Shown in pieces: positions 47,157 to 59,352 of a DNA stretch of 64,000 nucleotides. Under the pieces are notes generated by a model that worked only from the letters and a program-made list of their open reading frames with translations, was not told where the DNA came from and ran no database searches. This DNA comes from Blastocladiella emersonii ATCC 22665 (Eukaryota > Fungi > Blastocladiomycota): contig JANHCV010000011.1 in NCBI GenBank assembly GCA_025594325.1, forward strand, positions 682,001-746,000, given 5' to 3'. The first letter of the stretch is position 1. Each line of letters starts with the position of its first letter. The translations under genes and the position numbers were made by a program.

Positions 47157-47253
47157 GCGCGTCGCCGTCGTGCACGGTCGCGTCGATTCACGCCGTGGGT
47201 GGGATGAATACACTGGTTTTCTGTTGCACACACACGCGTCACGGCCTCGCTCG

Positions 47254-48427
47254 TCATCCGCTCCGCTCCACAATGTCGTTGATCTGCACGGCCGGCGCCC
47301 TTGGTGGCGCACTACTTTCCTCGCCGTCGTCGCCACCCGCTGCAGCGGCCGCCATGACCTCGCGCTGGACGCGGTCCCACCGGTCAAACGCGTCCTCGTC
47401 GAGGTCCTCGTCGGGCTGCGCGCCGTAGCCCTCGCCGCCGTACACCTCTTCGGCGCCGCGGCGCGCGGCAAACTCGGCGTCGTACTTGTCGATGGCGTCC
47501 TGGACCGCGGCCGCGACGTCGATATCGCCGGCGACGGGCCCGTACGCGTACCCGACGGCCTTGTCGACGATGGCGAGCACGGCGTGGACGCACGTCGGGT
47601 CGTTGACGGCGAGCGGGACAAAGTTGACCATGGAGTAGTCGTCGAGCACGTCGCCCAGGGCGTGGTTGAGGCGCGCGAACCGGCGAAGGCGCGGGTCGCG
47701 GTCCAGGTCCTCGGCGAGCGAGGCCAGGTCCTGCGCGTCCGCGTAGTAGCCCAGGCGCCGGTTCAGGTGGCCGTACGCCGTGGTCAGGTCGACCTTGGAC
47801 AGCACGTTCACCTGCGGCAGCTCGAGCTGGAACATGGACTGCAGCGCGAACAAGACCACGGAAATGTACTTGGCCACGTCCGTGCAGTGGTGCGCGTCGA
47901 CGAGCTGGACGACGCAGAGCTATGTGGGCGAGCAGGGTTAGGTTGAGCGATTCCCATACATGGAGAGGGAGCGTACCCGGTGCCCGTCCTTGTTGAGGTG
48001 GTGCAGCAGGTCCTTGACGGCAGTGTGGTGCGAGTACAGCTCGACCTGGCCGGGAAAGTCGAAGATCAGGTAGTCGTCGCGGTAAGGTGCGAGCTGCTCG
48101 AGCAGCCAGTCGACGTTGGCGAGCAGGTACTCCATGCAGTACACGATGCCGCCGTTGGGGCCCAGGCCGAACGAGTCCATGGCGTCCTCGAGGCGGATCA
48201 GGTCGGCCAGGTTCACGGCGCACTCGTACGACAGGTGCTCGTTGGCGGGATCGAGGTTGACGACGACCGTCTTCCTATCGCTCGCGGTTAGAGTCTCTCT
48301 GGGCTCTGTTGAGGGAGGAGCAGCGGGATACTCACCGACCGAGCTCGTTGAGCACGCGGTGCATCGTGTGGCTGTATTCGGTCTTGCCCGACCCGGGCGG
48401 GCCGATCACCACCTGTCCGAACGCCAT
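47254..48427 (-). CDS. GPN2: GPN-loop GTPase 2
   Basis: Introns 48335-48275 and 47976-47920; MAFGQVVIGPPGSGKT, VVNLDPAN, GLGPNGG, FDFPGQVELY, and LELPQVNVLSKVDL. Confidence 0.93.
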
Positions 48428-49632
48428 TGCAGCTGCTGATACGTTGCAGAGAGTCGTAGGGTTGCTGACGAGGAGAGAGGGGGGAAGGGCAGCGACGAGC
48501 GTCGAGAGACCGCGCTTCTCAATCACGCCGCGTCACGTTGAGCTAAAAATGGGCGCCGGCGCCACCGCCGCGGCGACGCAGCCACCACCACCGCCGCCGA
48601 CGCCGCGACGCTGCCGGGCCTTGCGGCCGTGAAGCGCGGCGCGAGGGAGACGGCACCCGCGAGCGCCGTGGCGGCAGTCCCGAGACCCTACGCAACACCA
48701 CGCATCGACACGAACGCATCGAGCCGCGCCCTCGCCCGACGTCGCCATCGCTGCCCCTCACCGCGATTGCTGCCGCGCGACAACTGCTGGGCCTGCCTCG
48801 ACTGCCGCGACTCTCTCCCACCGCGCCCCCGCCTCGCTTGCGGCTACTCCGAGAACCCGCACGCGCGCAACCGACCTCACCTGCCGCGGCAGCGCATCCG
48901 ATCGGTTTGCGCAGGGCCTCATCGCAGTGCAGCGCACCGCTGAGCGCTTGCCTCGCCGCAAAACGCTCCCGGCGCTGATCGGTGACGGCACGCCGCTGGC
49001 CCGGTGCTGACGGACAGACCCCCGACGCGGTTCCCGCGCGCCGTCCTCCTCCTGCGCCACCCTCGCGCGTCCGCGGCGTATGTATCCCTCTCCTCGTCGC
49101 CGTCTCGCAGCAGCATCGGTAGTCACGGTGGCAGTCACGGTGGTACCGCGTGTGCACGGCCGCCTGACCCTACCTTCCACGCTTCGACGCTGGCGGGTGC
49201 ATCCGAGTCTCATTGTCGGCACTTCCACTCGTGAGCGATGCGACGCGCGACGGAAGAACCATGGACCGGTCCTGAGGCGCGGCCGAGGGGCTGGAGGAAC
49301 GAGGGTCCCCGACTGAGACCCCGCGCTGAGACATTTTCGTGTGCTGCTGCTGCTGCGCCTCGGACCCGCCGACCGCGCGCACTCGCTCTCTCCCCCCCCT
49401 CTCTTCGATACTCCCGCAGCTGCTGCGAGACACGCGCATGATACCCCCTGCACTCGCATGAAAGACTGACCACCTACACGCGCACCACTCGAATCGACTC
49501 GCCCGACTTCCGCTTCACTTGTTGCAGCTGCCGCCCCTCGCCGCCTCTTGCCGCCGCACCTGCGCACCGCCGCCGCCACGCTACCGCCTACTACGCCTAC
49601 GACGACGGCAACGCCACCGCGACGCGACCACC

Positions 49633-52600
49633 ATGTCCCGCGACGCCGGCCCCGCCATGGGCTCGATGCCCATCGTGCAGCGCCGCGCCGTGACCGGCTA
49701 CTTTGCCGGCGCCGAGTGGGGCGCCCTGCTGCTCACCACCAACGGCGCCGCCAACATCCAGCTGTACCAGATCGACCCGCAGTCGTTCACGCTGCTCAAG
49801 ATCGCCGAGTGCTTCCTCGGCGCCAACGTGCTCGGCCTCGAGCGCCTGCGCATCGGCGCCAACTCGAAAGACTACATCCTCGCCTCGCTCGACGGCGGCG
49901 CCATCCTGATCCTCGAGTACAACCCGCAGAACGTCACCTTCGAGCTCGTCGACCAGGAGCGCTACCAGTCCACGTACCACCCGTGGCTCATCTGGGGACG
50001 CAACATGATGGCCGATTGGAAGTCGCGCTGCGTGCTCATCGGTACGTGCGCCCTCCGCCGACTCGCGCCCGCACTCGTCCGCCGAGCTAACCCTCGCCCA
50101 CCCTCACTCCCTCGCGCCTGCAGGTAACGTCGAGGACTGCAAAATCGTCTACATCCTCGTCGACCCCGTCGAGACCAAGCTCAGCGTCGCCCTCCCGACC
50201 GTCGATGCCATCCAGGGCTCGGTCCTCTACTCGGTCGTCTCGGTCGAGAGCTCGTGGCGCAACCCCATCTTCGCCTGCCTCGAGGCCTTCCGCCCCGCCT
50301 CCAAGGCCGCTGCCGCCGCCGCATCCTCGTCGGCCAACCCGGCCGCGTCCTCGGCCGCCCTGCGCGAGGAGACCATCCTGCACGGCGACAAGATGCTCGT
50401 CTACTTTGAGCTCGACCTCGACCAGAACCAGGTGTTCCGCCGCTGGGACGAGCGCGTCGACGCCTCGGCTAACATGGTCATCCCCGTGCCCGGCGACTCG
50501 GGCCCCGGCGGCGTCCTCGTGTGCTCGCGCAACCGCGTCGCCTGGCTGCACGAGCGCCGCACCCCGCAGTCGGTCCCGATCCCGCGCCCGCCGCAGCTCT
50601 CGCTCGACGTCGAAATGTACCTCGTCTCGTACACGCCCGTGCGCGGGCTCGCCAACACCCCGCCCACGGTCCTCGCCCAGAGCATCTTCGGCGACGTGTA
50701 CCTCATCGAGTTCCGCGACGACGTGCTGTCCATCAAGTTCTTTGACGCCATCCCGCAGGCCGAGAACCTGTTCCTACTCTCGAACCGGTTCCTCCTCGCC
50801 TGCTCGCTCTTCGAGTACCCGCGCGTCTACTACCTGCTCAGCATCGGCGACGACGACGACCCCGACCAGCCCACGTACTCGGCCCTCGAGCACACCGAGC
50901 CCGAGGACGCCTTCTTCCGCCCGCGCCAGCTGCGCCATCTCACGTCCACGGCCGCGCTCCAGCAGCAGCAGCTCCAGATCCAGCGCGAGAAGCAGCGCCA
51001 GCAGCTCCTCCTCGCCCAGCAGCAGCAACAGCAGCAGGCCCAGGCCCAGGCCCACCTCGCGCAGCAGCAGCAGCAGCAGCACCAGCAGCAGCAGATCGCC
51101 GCCTCGCCATACTACCAGCAGCCGGGCACCAGCGACCTCGCCCTGCGACGCGGCCACACCACGCGCGCGCCCGCCGGGTACGGCCCACCGCCGCCGCCCA
51201 ACGGGCACCACGGCGGCTTGCCGCAGCAGCAGCACCCGCAGGCGCGGTTCGGCCAGCCGCCCATGCAGGGCACCCCCGCCTACTACCCGAGCGGCGCCCA
51301 GTCCATGCCGCGCCAGTCGTCGGCCGCGTACTCCCAAATGTACGGCGGACCGAACGGTGGCCCGCCGCCGCCCCGCCCACCACCAATCCCCGCGCACTAC
51401 GCCGCTGCCGGTGGTGCGGGTGGGTTCGCGCCGCAGCAGCAGCAGCAGTACGCGCCGCACCCCGGATACGGCCCACCACCACCGCAGCAGCAGCAGCAGC
51501 AGCAAATGTCGCCGTACCAGCAGGCGCAGCACCAGCAGTTTGCGCACCACCCGCAGCAGCAGCAGCAGCGCATGCAGCCGCCGCACCCGCAGCAGCAGCA
51601 GCTCTCGCCGCAGCAGATGGCCGCGTACGGCGCCCCGCCACCGCCGCTCGCGCACCACCACGCGACGTACCCGCCGCCCGGCGTCGGCGGTGCCGGTCCC
51701 GCGCCACCGGGCGCGCCCATGGACCCCGCTGCCGCGGCGTTCGCGTCGCGCCAGTCGAGTCTCGCGCACCGCCAGCAGGTCATGGTCGGCGGCCGCACCG
51801 CATCCCTGCGCCGCCCGCGGTCGCAGATCATGCACCTCCCCGCCACCCCGCAGCAGCAGCTCCAGCACCGCATGGTCCAGCCCGCCATGCTCAACAAGCG
51901 GTACAGCTCGCTGCGCCGGCCCGCGAGTGCTGGGTCCGTCCAGCCGCAGCACCCCGGCGCCGCGCACATGCAGCAGCTCCCCGGGCTGTCCGAGGAGGAG
52001 GTCCCGCAGCGCCCGCCATCGGCCGGTGCCGGGCGCCGGTCGCCCGGTCCCGCGGCTGCGCCCGGGCCCGCGCGCATGGGCAGCGTCGACTCGGGGTACC
52101 CGAACAGCGGGTTCGTCCCCGCGCACGGGTACCATCCCGAGGACATGGTGGGGCGGCCCGGATCGCCCGCCAACCTCGCCGGTGGTCCGCTCGACTCGGG
52201 CGACTCGGGCATGTGGAGCGGCGAGCTCAGCGCCGACACGACGCGGCCGTCGTCGCCCGCGCTTTCGGGCTCCGCGGGCGGGGCCGAGGCCAGCCCCGTG
52301 TCGCCGTCCGGCGGCATCGCGCCCGCGCTCCCCGAGTCGGACGAGAAGCGGCGCAAGCACCTCGAGCTGCGGTCGTATGTCGCCAACGAGGTCAGCGAGA
52401 CGGAGCAGTCGTACCGCGAGTCGCTCGGGATCCTGCTGGGCCAGTTCAAGGAGCCGCTGTCGCAGCAGAAGCTGGTGCCCAACGTGTTCATCAACCTCGT
52501 GTTCCGCGGCGTCAAGGAGCTGCTCGACTTCTCGGAGGTATTTGCGCAGGAGCTCGCCGACACGCTCGCGGCGTGGGACGACGAGACGTCGCAGCTCGCG

Positions 52601-55057
52601 CCGCTGTTCCTCGCGCACCGCGACGACTTTGGCGTGTTCCGCAAGTTTGTCGACAACTACGCCAACGCGCTCGCCATGGTGCGCCGCGCCGAGGAGTCGA
52701 ACCCGCAGTTCAAGCAGTTCAACGACCGGTGCAAGTCGTCGCGCGACACCAACCGCCAGCAGCTGCAGGATTTCCTGATCCTGCCCATCCAGCGCGCCAC
52801 GCGGTACCCGCTCCTCCTCAAGGACGTGCGCAAGCACACGCCCGCCGACCATCCGGACGCGGACGGGCTCACGCAGGCGCTGTCGATGATGAACGAGATC
52901 GCGGCGCAGGTCAACCAGGTCAAGCAGCAGGAGGAGGAGATGACGCGCATGTTCACGATGCTCAAGCAGGTCGAGGGCACCCCGCCCATCGTCATCAAGT
53001 ACTCGCGCCGCCTGATCCTCGAGGTCGACGCCTCGGACATGTCGGGCATGACGCTCGCCGGGCTCGGCGGCGCCCTCGGGTCGCTCGTGACCGGCTCGCT
53101 CGCCGCCGCCACCAAGCACCACCCGATGCGCCTCTACCTCATGTCGGACCTGCTGCTCGTCGCCAAGGTCCACAAGAAGAAGACCAAGTTTGTCCGGCTC
53201 CTTGACCTCGCCGACCTCACGGCGACCGAGCGCGGCACCACCATGCTCGTCATCGACATCGCGGCCGGCTCGCTGTCCACGTCGTCAGCCACGCTCAACG
53301 CCAAGCACGCCGGCGCCGGCGGCCCGCTCGGCGGCGGCAAGGGGTTTGGGATGGCCCCCGGCGGCGGCCCGCTCATCCCCAAGTCGGCGGGCGGCGCAGG
53401 CGACGCGGGCAAGGAGCAGCTCCCGACCAACTACGTCTTCTCGCTGCCCGACGAAAAGTCGCGCCAGAACTTCATGCTCGCGCTCGCCGCCAAGATCAAG
53501 TCGACGCGCGAGCAGCGCGCCCGCGAGGGCGGCGTCTTCTCGCTCCCGCGCAACGTGGCCGCCATCCCGATCCCGGCCGGCGGCGCAGTCCCGCCGCCGA
53601 TGCTCCCGAGCAGCCCGCTGCCGTCCACGGCGGCCTCGATCACCAGCACGCCGTCGGCGGCGGGTGTGGCCGGCCCGATTGCGATCGCCGGCAGCGGCGC
53701 CGCGAGCACCGCCGGGTCCGACGCGAGCAAGATCACCACGCCCGTGTCGCGGTCCCCGCGCACCCCGAGCCACGCGTCTGCGTCGCTGCTTGAGCACTCG
53801 GACGCGTCGGCGGGGTCCGCGGGCAAGCCCGGCGGCGTGCTCATGCTGCCGTCGTCCAACAACCCCGCGATGGTCGCGTCGGGTGAGAACCGGCGCGCCA
53901 GCCTCAACATCCCGCTCAACGGGGCAGGCGACCTCCGGCGCCCGTCGCACTCGTCGACGCTGTCCGACATCGAGTCGGCGCTCACGTACATGAACATGCA
54001 GGAGCCCGGCCCGCCGCGGATCGACGAGGACGTGGCGCTCGCGCCGCTCCCGCCCGCGCTGCCGTCGTTTGCGGCCGGGAGTGGCGGCGGCGACGCGCGC
54101 TTGCGCACGGGCACACCGCTCGACGAGCTCGACGACGTGGCCAGCGAGTTTGCGGTGGTCGGCGCGTACTCGGACGGCGACCTCGCGGCGCTCCAGGCGC
54201 GTGACGAGGACGAGGACGGCGGCGGCGACCGCTTCGACCACGACGACGACAACGTGTACGTGCCTGCGCCACCACCACCACCGCCCTCTGCGCCACCGGG
54301 GCCGCCCCCACCACCCGCACCGCGCCGTCCAGCGACCGCAACTGACGACCCCGCCTCGGACACGTACTCGCTGGGTATCTACCTCCCGTCGGCCGACGAC
54401 GCCTCCTCGACGCGATCTCGACCTCGACCCGCCACGCTCAACCGGCCGGCGTCGCTCCAGTCGTCTTCCAAGTCGCAGCCTCAGTCTCCAGTAACCGTCG
54501 ACGGGCTCGAGGGCCTGAGTCTCGTCGGCATGCCGTTGTCAAGCAGCACGCCCGCGTCCGCGACGCACTCCCCCACCACCACGCACGCCTACCCCCACCC
54601 GCCGCACCACCACCACCACCCTAGAAGCACCAGTACCCCATCGTCCCCTACGCCGTCGCCCGCGTCGCCCACGGTCTCTGCCTCGCGCCGCGAGCTCCGC
54701 AAAACCAGCTCGTTCCGCGCCCTCATGTCCCTGTCCGAGTCGTCGCTGCAGCCGCTGCGCAACCTGCTCGGCGGGACCAGCAGCACCAGCAACCTCGCGG
54801 CGGCCGACGCGCTCTCGTCGTCGCCCGCGACCGCATCGGCGCCCGTCGTGTACGCGAGCGACGCGAGCTTCGTGTCCGCGTCCGAGGACCTGGCGGTCGC
54901 GCCCAGTCCCCCGCTCACGCGGTCGCCGACGGCGGGCTCCGAGTCGAGCGCGCGGAGCGGTGGCGGGCCACCGGTAGCGGCCGCGGGGCGCAAGCTGTCG
55001 TGGACCATGGGGTTCGGGTCGCTCAAGCGGTCGGGCAGCGGGTCGTCGGCGTCATAG
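49633..55057 (+). CDS. About 1780-aa fusion: SF3B3/Rse1-like N-terminal beta-propeller + polyQ/Pro linker + RhoGEF DH-PH + low-complexity tail
   Basis: Exons 49633-50041 and 50124-55057 (82-nt intron, in frame). N-terminal motifs KDYILASLDGGAILILEY, NPIFACLE, YFELDLDQNQV, VPGDSGPGGVLVCS, IKFFDAIP, IGDDDD and FFRPRQLRHL parallel SF3B3. The DH domain shows EVSETEQSY, FLILPIQRATRYPLLLKD...KHT and NEIAAQVNQ; a PH-like region follows. Confidence 0.88.
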
Positions 55058-55397
55058 ATTTTTCCTCTCTCTCTCTTTTCTCTCCCCTCCTCCCCTCTCT
55101 CTCTTTTGTGTTTGATTAGTGCGTGTGTTTTGTTTTTGACTCTCTCTCTTTTCGCATTACATTGCATCTCGATTCCTCTCCCCTGCAAACGGCAAACTGA
55201 AATGAGCGACGCGGCGCCGTGCCACGCGTGTTGCCGTGCACGCGCCGCGCCGCGCTCGTCACGTGGCGCTATTCGTCACGACGATCGCGGTTGGTCGGGC
55301 GGGCCGCCCCGCTCGTCGCCGACGCGTTCGGCCCCTTCTGCCCACAGCAACCGCGGGCGACCACGCGCTCACACTCCCTGCAACGCATCAACGCACC

Positions 55398-56943
55398 ATG
55401 TCAAACGCCGACGGCCGCCTGCAGAAGCTCGAAAAGGACTATGCGCCCATCTGCGACGCCGAGCTGCCCAAAGCCGAGGAGCTCGCCCTGGTAGGCTTCC
55501 AACTCGCCGAACCGCTTGTTTTAGGGGATGGAGGGTTGATCCCGCTGTGTGCGTGCGCCCACCGTGTAGAGCGGCCGCCTCGCCGAGGCGCTCGAGCAGC
55601 TCAACGTCCTGGAGCGCCAGACGCGAAACGTACGCCATGTCTGCATCGGACTGCCGTGACTCGGGGCTCACCGCCGAGATGTATAGGGCGGCGACATGCT
55701 GTCGAACGCGCGCGTGCTCGTGCACATTGTCCGCCTCTGCTTCCGCACCAACAACCTCGCCCTGCTCAACGAGAACATTGTGGCGCTCAGCAAGAAGCAC
55801 GGCGCCCTCAAGCAGGCCGTGCAGAAGATGGTCCAGGAGGCCGTCACCTTTGTCGACGCGACCCCCGACAAGAAGGCCAAGCTCGAGCTGATTGACACGC
55901 TGCGCACCGTGACCGAGGGCAAGGTACACATCGCCGACGCACCTCGTGGCCAGCGCGCAAGGGCTGACATCGCACCCTGTGCGTAGATCTACGTCGAGGT
56001 CGAGCGCGCGCGCCTCACGCGCATCCTCGCCGGCATCCGCGAGGCCGACGGCGACATCCCCGGCGCGGCCGACATCCTGCAGGAGCTGCAGGTCGAGACG
56101 TTCGGCAGCATGGAGAAGCGCGAGAAGACCGATTTCCTGCTCGAGCAGATGCGCCTGTGCCTGGCGCGCGGCGACTACACGCGCACGCAGATCATCTCGC
56201 GCAAGATCTCGACCAAGTACTTCAACGACGCGGCGGTGGCCGACCTCAAGCTGCGGTTCTACGAGCTCATGATCCAGCACGCGCTCAACGCCAACGACTA
56301 CCTGGCCATCTGCAAGTACTACCGCGAGGTGTACAACACGCAGGTGGTCAAGGACGACGAGCACAAGTGGAAGGAGATCCTCACCTTTGTCGTCATCTTC
56401 ATCACGCTGGCGCCCTTCGACAACGAGCAGTTGGACCTGACGCACCGCATCGCGCAGGACGAGCGGCTCGCGCAGATCCCCGTGCTCAAGGGCTTCCTCA
56501 AGCTGTTCATGACCCCCGAGCTGATGCGGTGGCCCAAGGTCGAGGAGGTGTACGGCGCCCTGCTGCGCGCGACCTACGTGTTCGCGGCGACCACGGACGA
56601 CGGCAAGCGCCGGTGGGAGGCGTTCCACCACCGCGTCGTCGAGCACAACCTGCGCGTGGTGGCCAAGTACTACACGCGCATCACGTTTGGCCGGCTCACG
56701 GAGCTGCTCGACCTGCCCGGCGAGAAGGTCGAGGACTTCATGTCGCGCCTCGTCTCGTCCAAGACCATCTACGCCAAGATCGACCGCCCCGCGCAGACGG
56801 TCACCTTCGCCAAGCCCCGCTCCGCCGACGACACGCTCGCCGAGTGGTCCAGCGGCATCCACCGCCTCCTCAAGCTCGTCGAGACCACCACCCACCTGAT
56901 CACCAAGGAGGAGATGGTCCACAAGATCCTCGCCAAGTCGTAA
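55398..56943 (+). CDS. RPN5: 26S proteasome lid subunit Rpn5/PSMD12
   Basis: Introns 55491-55569, 55630-55686 and 55924-55986; motifs LSKKHGALKQAV, RTVTEGK|IYVEVERARLT, LQVETFGSM, RVVEHNLRVVAKYYTRI and YAKIDRP (PCI domain). Confidence 0.97.
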
Positions 56944-57226
56944 CTGGGGGGAGGGCAGGCAGGCCGTTGAGAGAGGATACACGCATGAGATTTTTTTCTT
57001 CAAACTCGGCTGTCACGCTCGCGCGCGGGATTCACACTGCGTGTTGTCTCGCACCTGCCGTCCCGCGTCGGATCGGCTGGGATGGCGCCATCCGCTCGCC
57101 CGAGCCACGCCAAGGGGCCGACCGATCGACGACTGCCTTCTCTCCCTCGCCCTCGTGCTTTACGAGCACCCCACACCTCTATTTGCAACGTAACCGAGGC
57201 CCGGAGCCCAACCACTTCTTGCAACC

Positions 57227-58264
57227 ATGGTCGCCTCGTCTGCCGCTGCCGCCGCCGCAACCACCACCGCCGCCGCCGCGCGCCGGTTCGTCCTCGGCGG
57301 CGTGCCCGAGCACTTCAACGTGTGCCTCATCAAGGGCATCGAGGCCGGCCTCTTTGCGCAGCGCGGGCTCGAAGTTTCGTTTCGTGTGTGCCACGGCGGC
57401 ACCGGCGAGGTACGCTCGCAGCCTTGATGTCCCGCGTGATGATGATGTGCCCCCGCGCTCACACCCATGGCGTGCGTCTAGCAACTCAAACTCCTGGCCG
57501 ACGGCGAGCTCGACGGGTGCGTCGCGCTGACCGAGGGCCTGGTAAGCGGGCTCGTGGCGCGCGGCGGGCCCGCGGCCGCCGCGTACCGCCTGCTCGGGAC
57601 CTACGTGCAGACGCCGCTGACGTGGGCGGTCGCGACGCACCCGGACTCGGCCGTGACCCCCGCGACGCTGCGCGGCGCGCGTATCGGCGTCTCCCGGTTC
57701 CACTCGGGCAGCCACCTCATCCCGTACCTCCACGCGCAGCGGCACGGGTGGCTCGACGCGGGGGCGGAGGAGCCGTTCGAGTTTGCCGTCAACCGCGACT
57801 TTGCCGGTCTCCGCGCGGCGATCGCGGCGCGCGACACGGACGCGTTCCTGTGGGAGGTGGCCACGACGCAGCGCTACTTTGACGACGGCTCGCTGCGGTG
57901 TGCGGGGACCGTGGTCCCGACGTGGCCCGCCTTCTCGCTCGCCATCGCCAACGCGAGCGCAGCCGACGGTGCAGCCGCGGCGCTCCTCGACGGGGTCCGC
58001 GCCTCGCTCGCGGCATGGCACGCGCTCGACGACGGCGACAAGGTGGCCGCCGTCGTCGAGACGATCCCGAGCTACGCGCCCAAGGACGTGCGCAGCTGGC
58101 TCGCGGGCGTCCGGTTCGCCGCCGACGGCGATGTGGCGGCGGTCGACGCCGCGGCGGTCCGCGAGATCGTCGACATGCTCGTCGCAGCGCGCGTGATCGA
58201 GGCCGCGCCTGAGTGTCCGCTCGAAGACTTTGTCGCGGCCGGCGGCGTGACGCGCGTCGTGTGA
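57227..58264 (+). CDS. Type 2 periplasmic-binding-fold protein (Ca3427/NMT1-SsuA-like)
   Basis: Intron 57410-57481; motifs GGVPEHFN, GGTGE, ALTEGLV, GTYVQTPLTW, IGVSRFHSGSH and FLWE.ATT, typical of this solute-binding family. Confidence 0.82.
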
Positions 58265-58357
58265 TCCCGAAATGATGCAGCACACCACTAGCATAAATCA
58301 ACTCATACTATTGCATCTAATCACAGTCTCCCGAGTTCTTGCGCTGGGATCAAGCTC

Positions 58358-59262
58358 TCAGGCATAACAGACGACGATTAAACTCAGGGTCCGATTTGTT
58401 CGATGCGCTAGGGCAGACAACAGGTGGTACATGACGCTGAGCAATAAGCTGCGAGGTGCTTCGTCTCGGTCAACAAGCCCGTCCACAAAGCAGTGGTATC
58501 CAGCAACGACACAAAAGAGTAGATGGCCAACACAAGGTAACGTGAGGTCAACGAGCAAAGTCTTCATCACACCATCAACATCAACTCTGGCGCGATGTCT
58601 TCGATCGGCCCACAGACTGAGCAGCGAGCCAGTGCAGGGACAACACGGGCATTGGCTAGGGACAGTTACCACAATGATGATGGTGTTGACCCAGAAATTG
58701 CGAGTGTCAACCACATCTTCTAGCGTCCAAAAGATCAAGACTCGACCACGAGAACAGCGAAGAAGCCGAGCGCCAAGGCTGCGGCCGTACGCTTGTCTCG
58801 AATGGGCCCAGTCAACTTGATTACGTAGTTCGTGGGACGAATAAGAGGAGAGGTCGCAATCATAACCAGCATGTACCAAGCTACGGCCAAGATGAGCTCC
58901 ATGATGGCCGAGATGAAGTCCATGATGCAGTGGGCGAAAGATTCCTCATGTCCACCATTCTTACAGGAACGCGAAGCAAGCTGGTTGCGAAGTGAATAGC
59001 CCCAACGCCGCTCTTTCCGAGCGATAGAAATCTTGTGCTTGCCAAGCTTACCCGAGCTTTGGATTCGGTAGCCCTCCGTAACGCATTTTTGCTTGAGGGC
59101 AGCAGAGAAAGAGAGCAACTGTGCTTTCTTGCGAGCCAGCGAGTTGAGCCATACGCTGCGCTGTTTGTCCGAAGTCTTGAGAAACATTACGAGGTGCTGG
59201 GGGCAGGAGCAGAAAGAGAGTAAGCGAGAGTGCAGTTGTAGGTGCGCTCCACGATTCCGCAC
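58358..59262 (-). CDS. Possible small spliced hydrophobic-protein gene or pseudogene
   Basis: Two overlapping ORFs can be joined by a host-like GTACGG...CTAG intron (58790-58720). Hydrophobic stretch FISAIMELILAVAWYMLVMIA. No family recognised. Confidence 0.25.
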
Positions 59263-59295
59263 TCATTGAGTTGTTCTCGTGATCACCAATCCCTC

Positions 59296-59352
59296 TGTTA
59301 CGCGTCGTTCATGCGGTGGTGATCGGGGTGATCATCCACCTGATCTCGCGTG
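59296..59352 (+). mobile_element. 57-bp LTR 5' fragment
   Basis: Identical to 63825-63881 and nearly identical to the reverse complement of the end of 8080-8287. Confidence 0.85.

Noticed and set aside
48540-49600. ORFs between GPN2 and the SF3B3-RhoGEF gene
   Set aside because: No coherent codon pattern or motifs; more likely a divergent promoter/UTR region.
11026-58301. Numerous long antisense or alternate-frame ORFs (e.g. 11026-12324+, 14137 upstream part, 50774-53173-, 55369-57003-)
   Set aside because: These are shadow ORFs caused by very high GC and codon bias opposite real genes; they are R/A/G/P-rich with no motifs.
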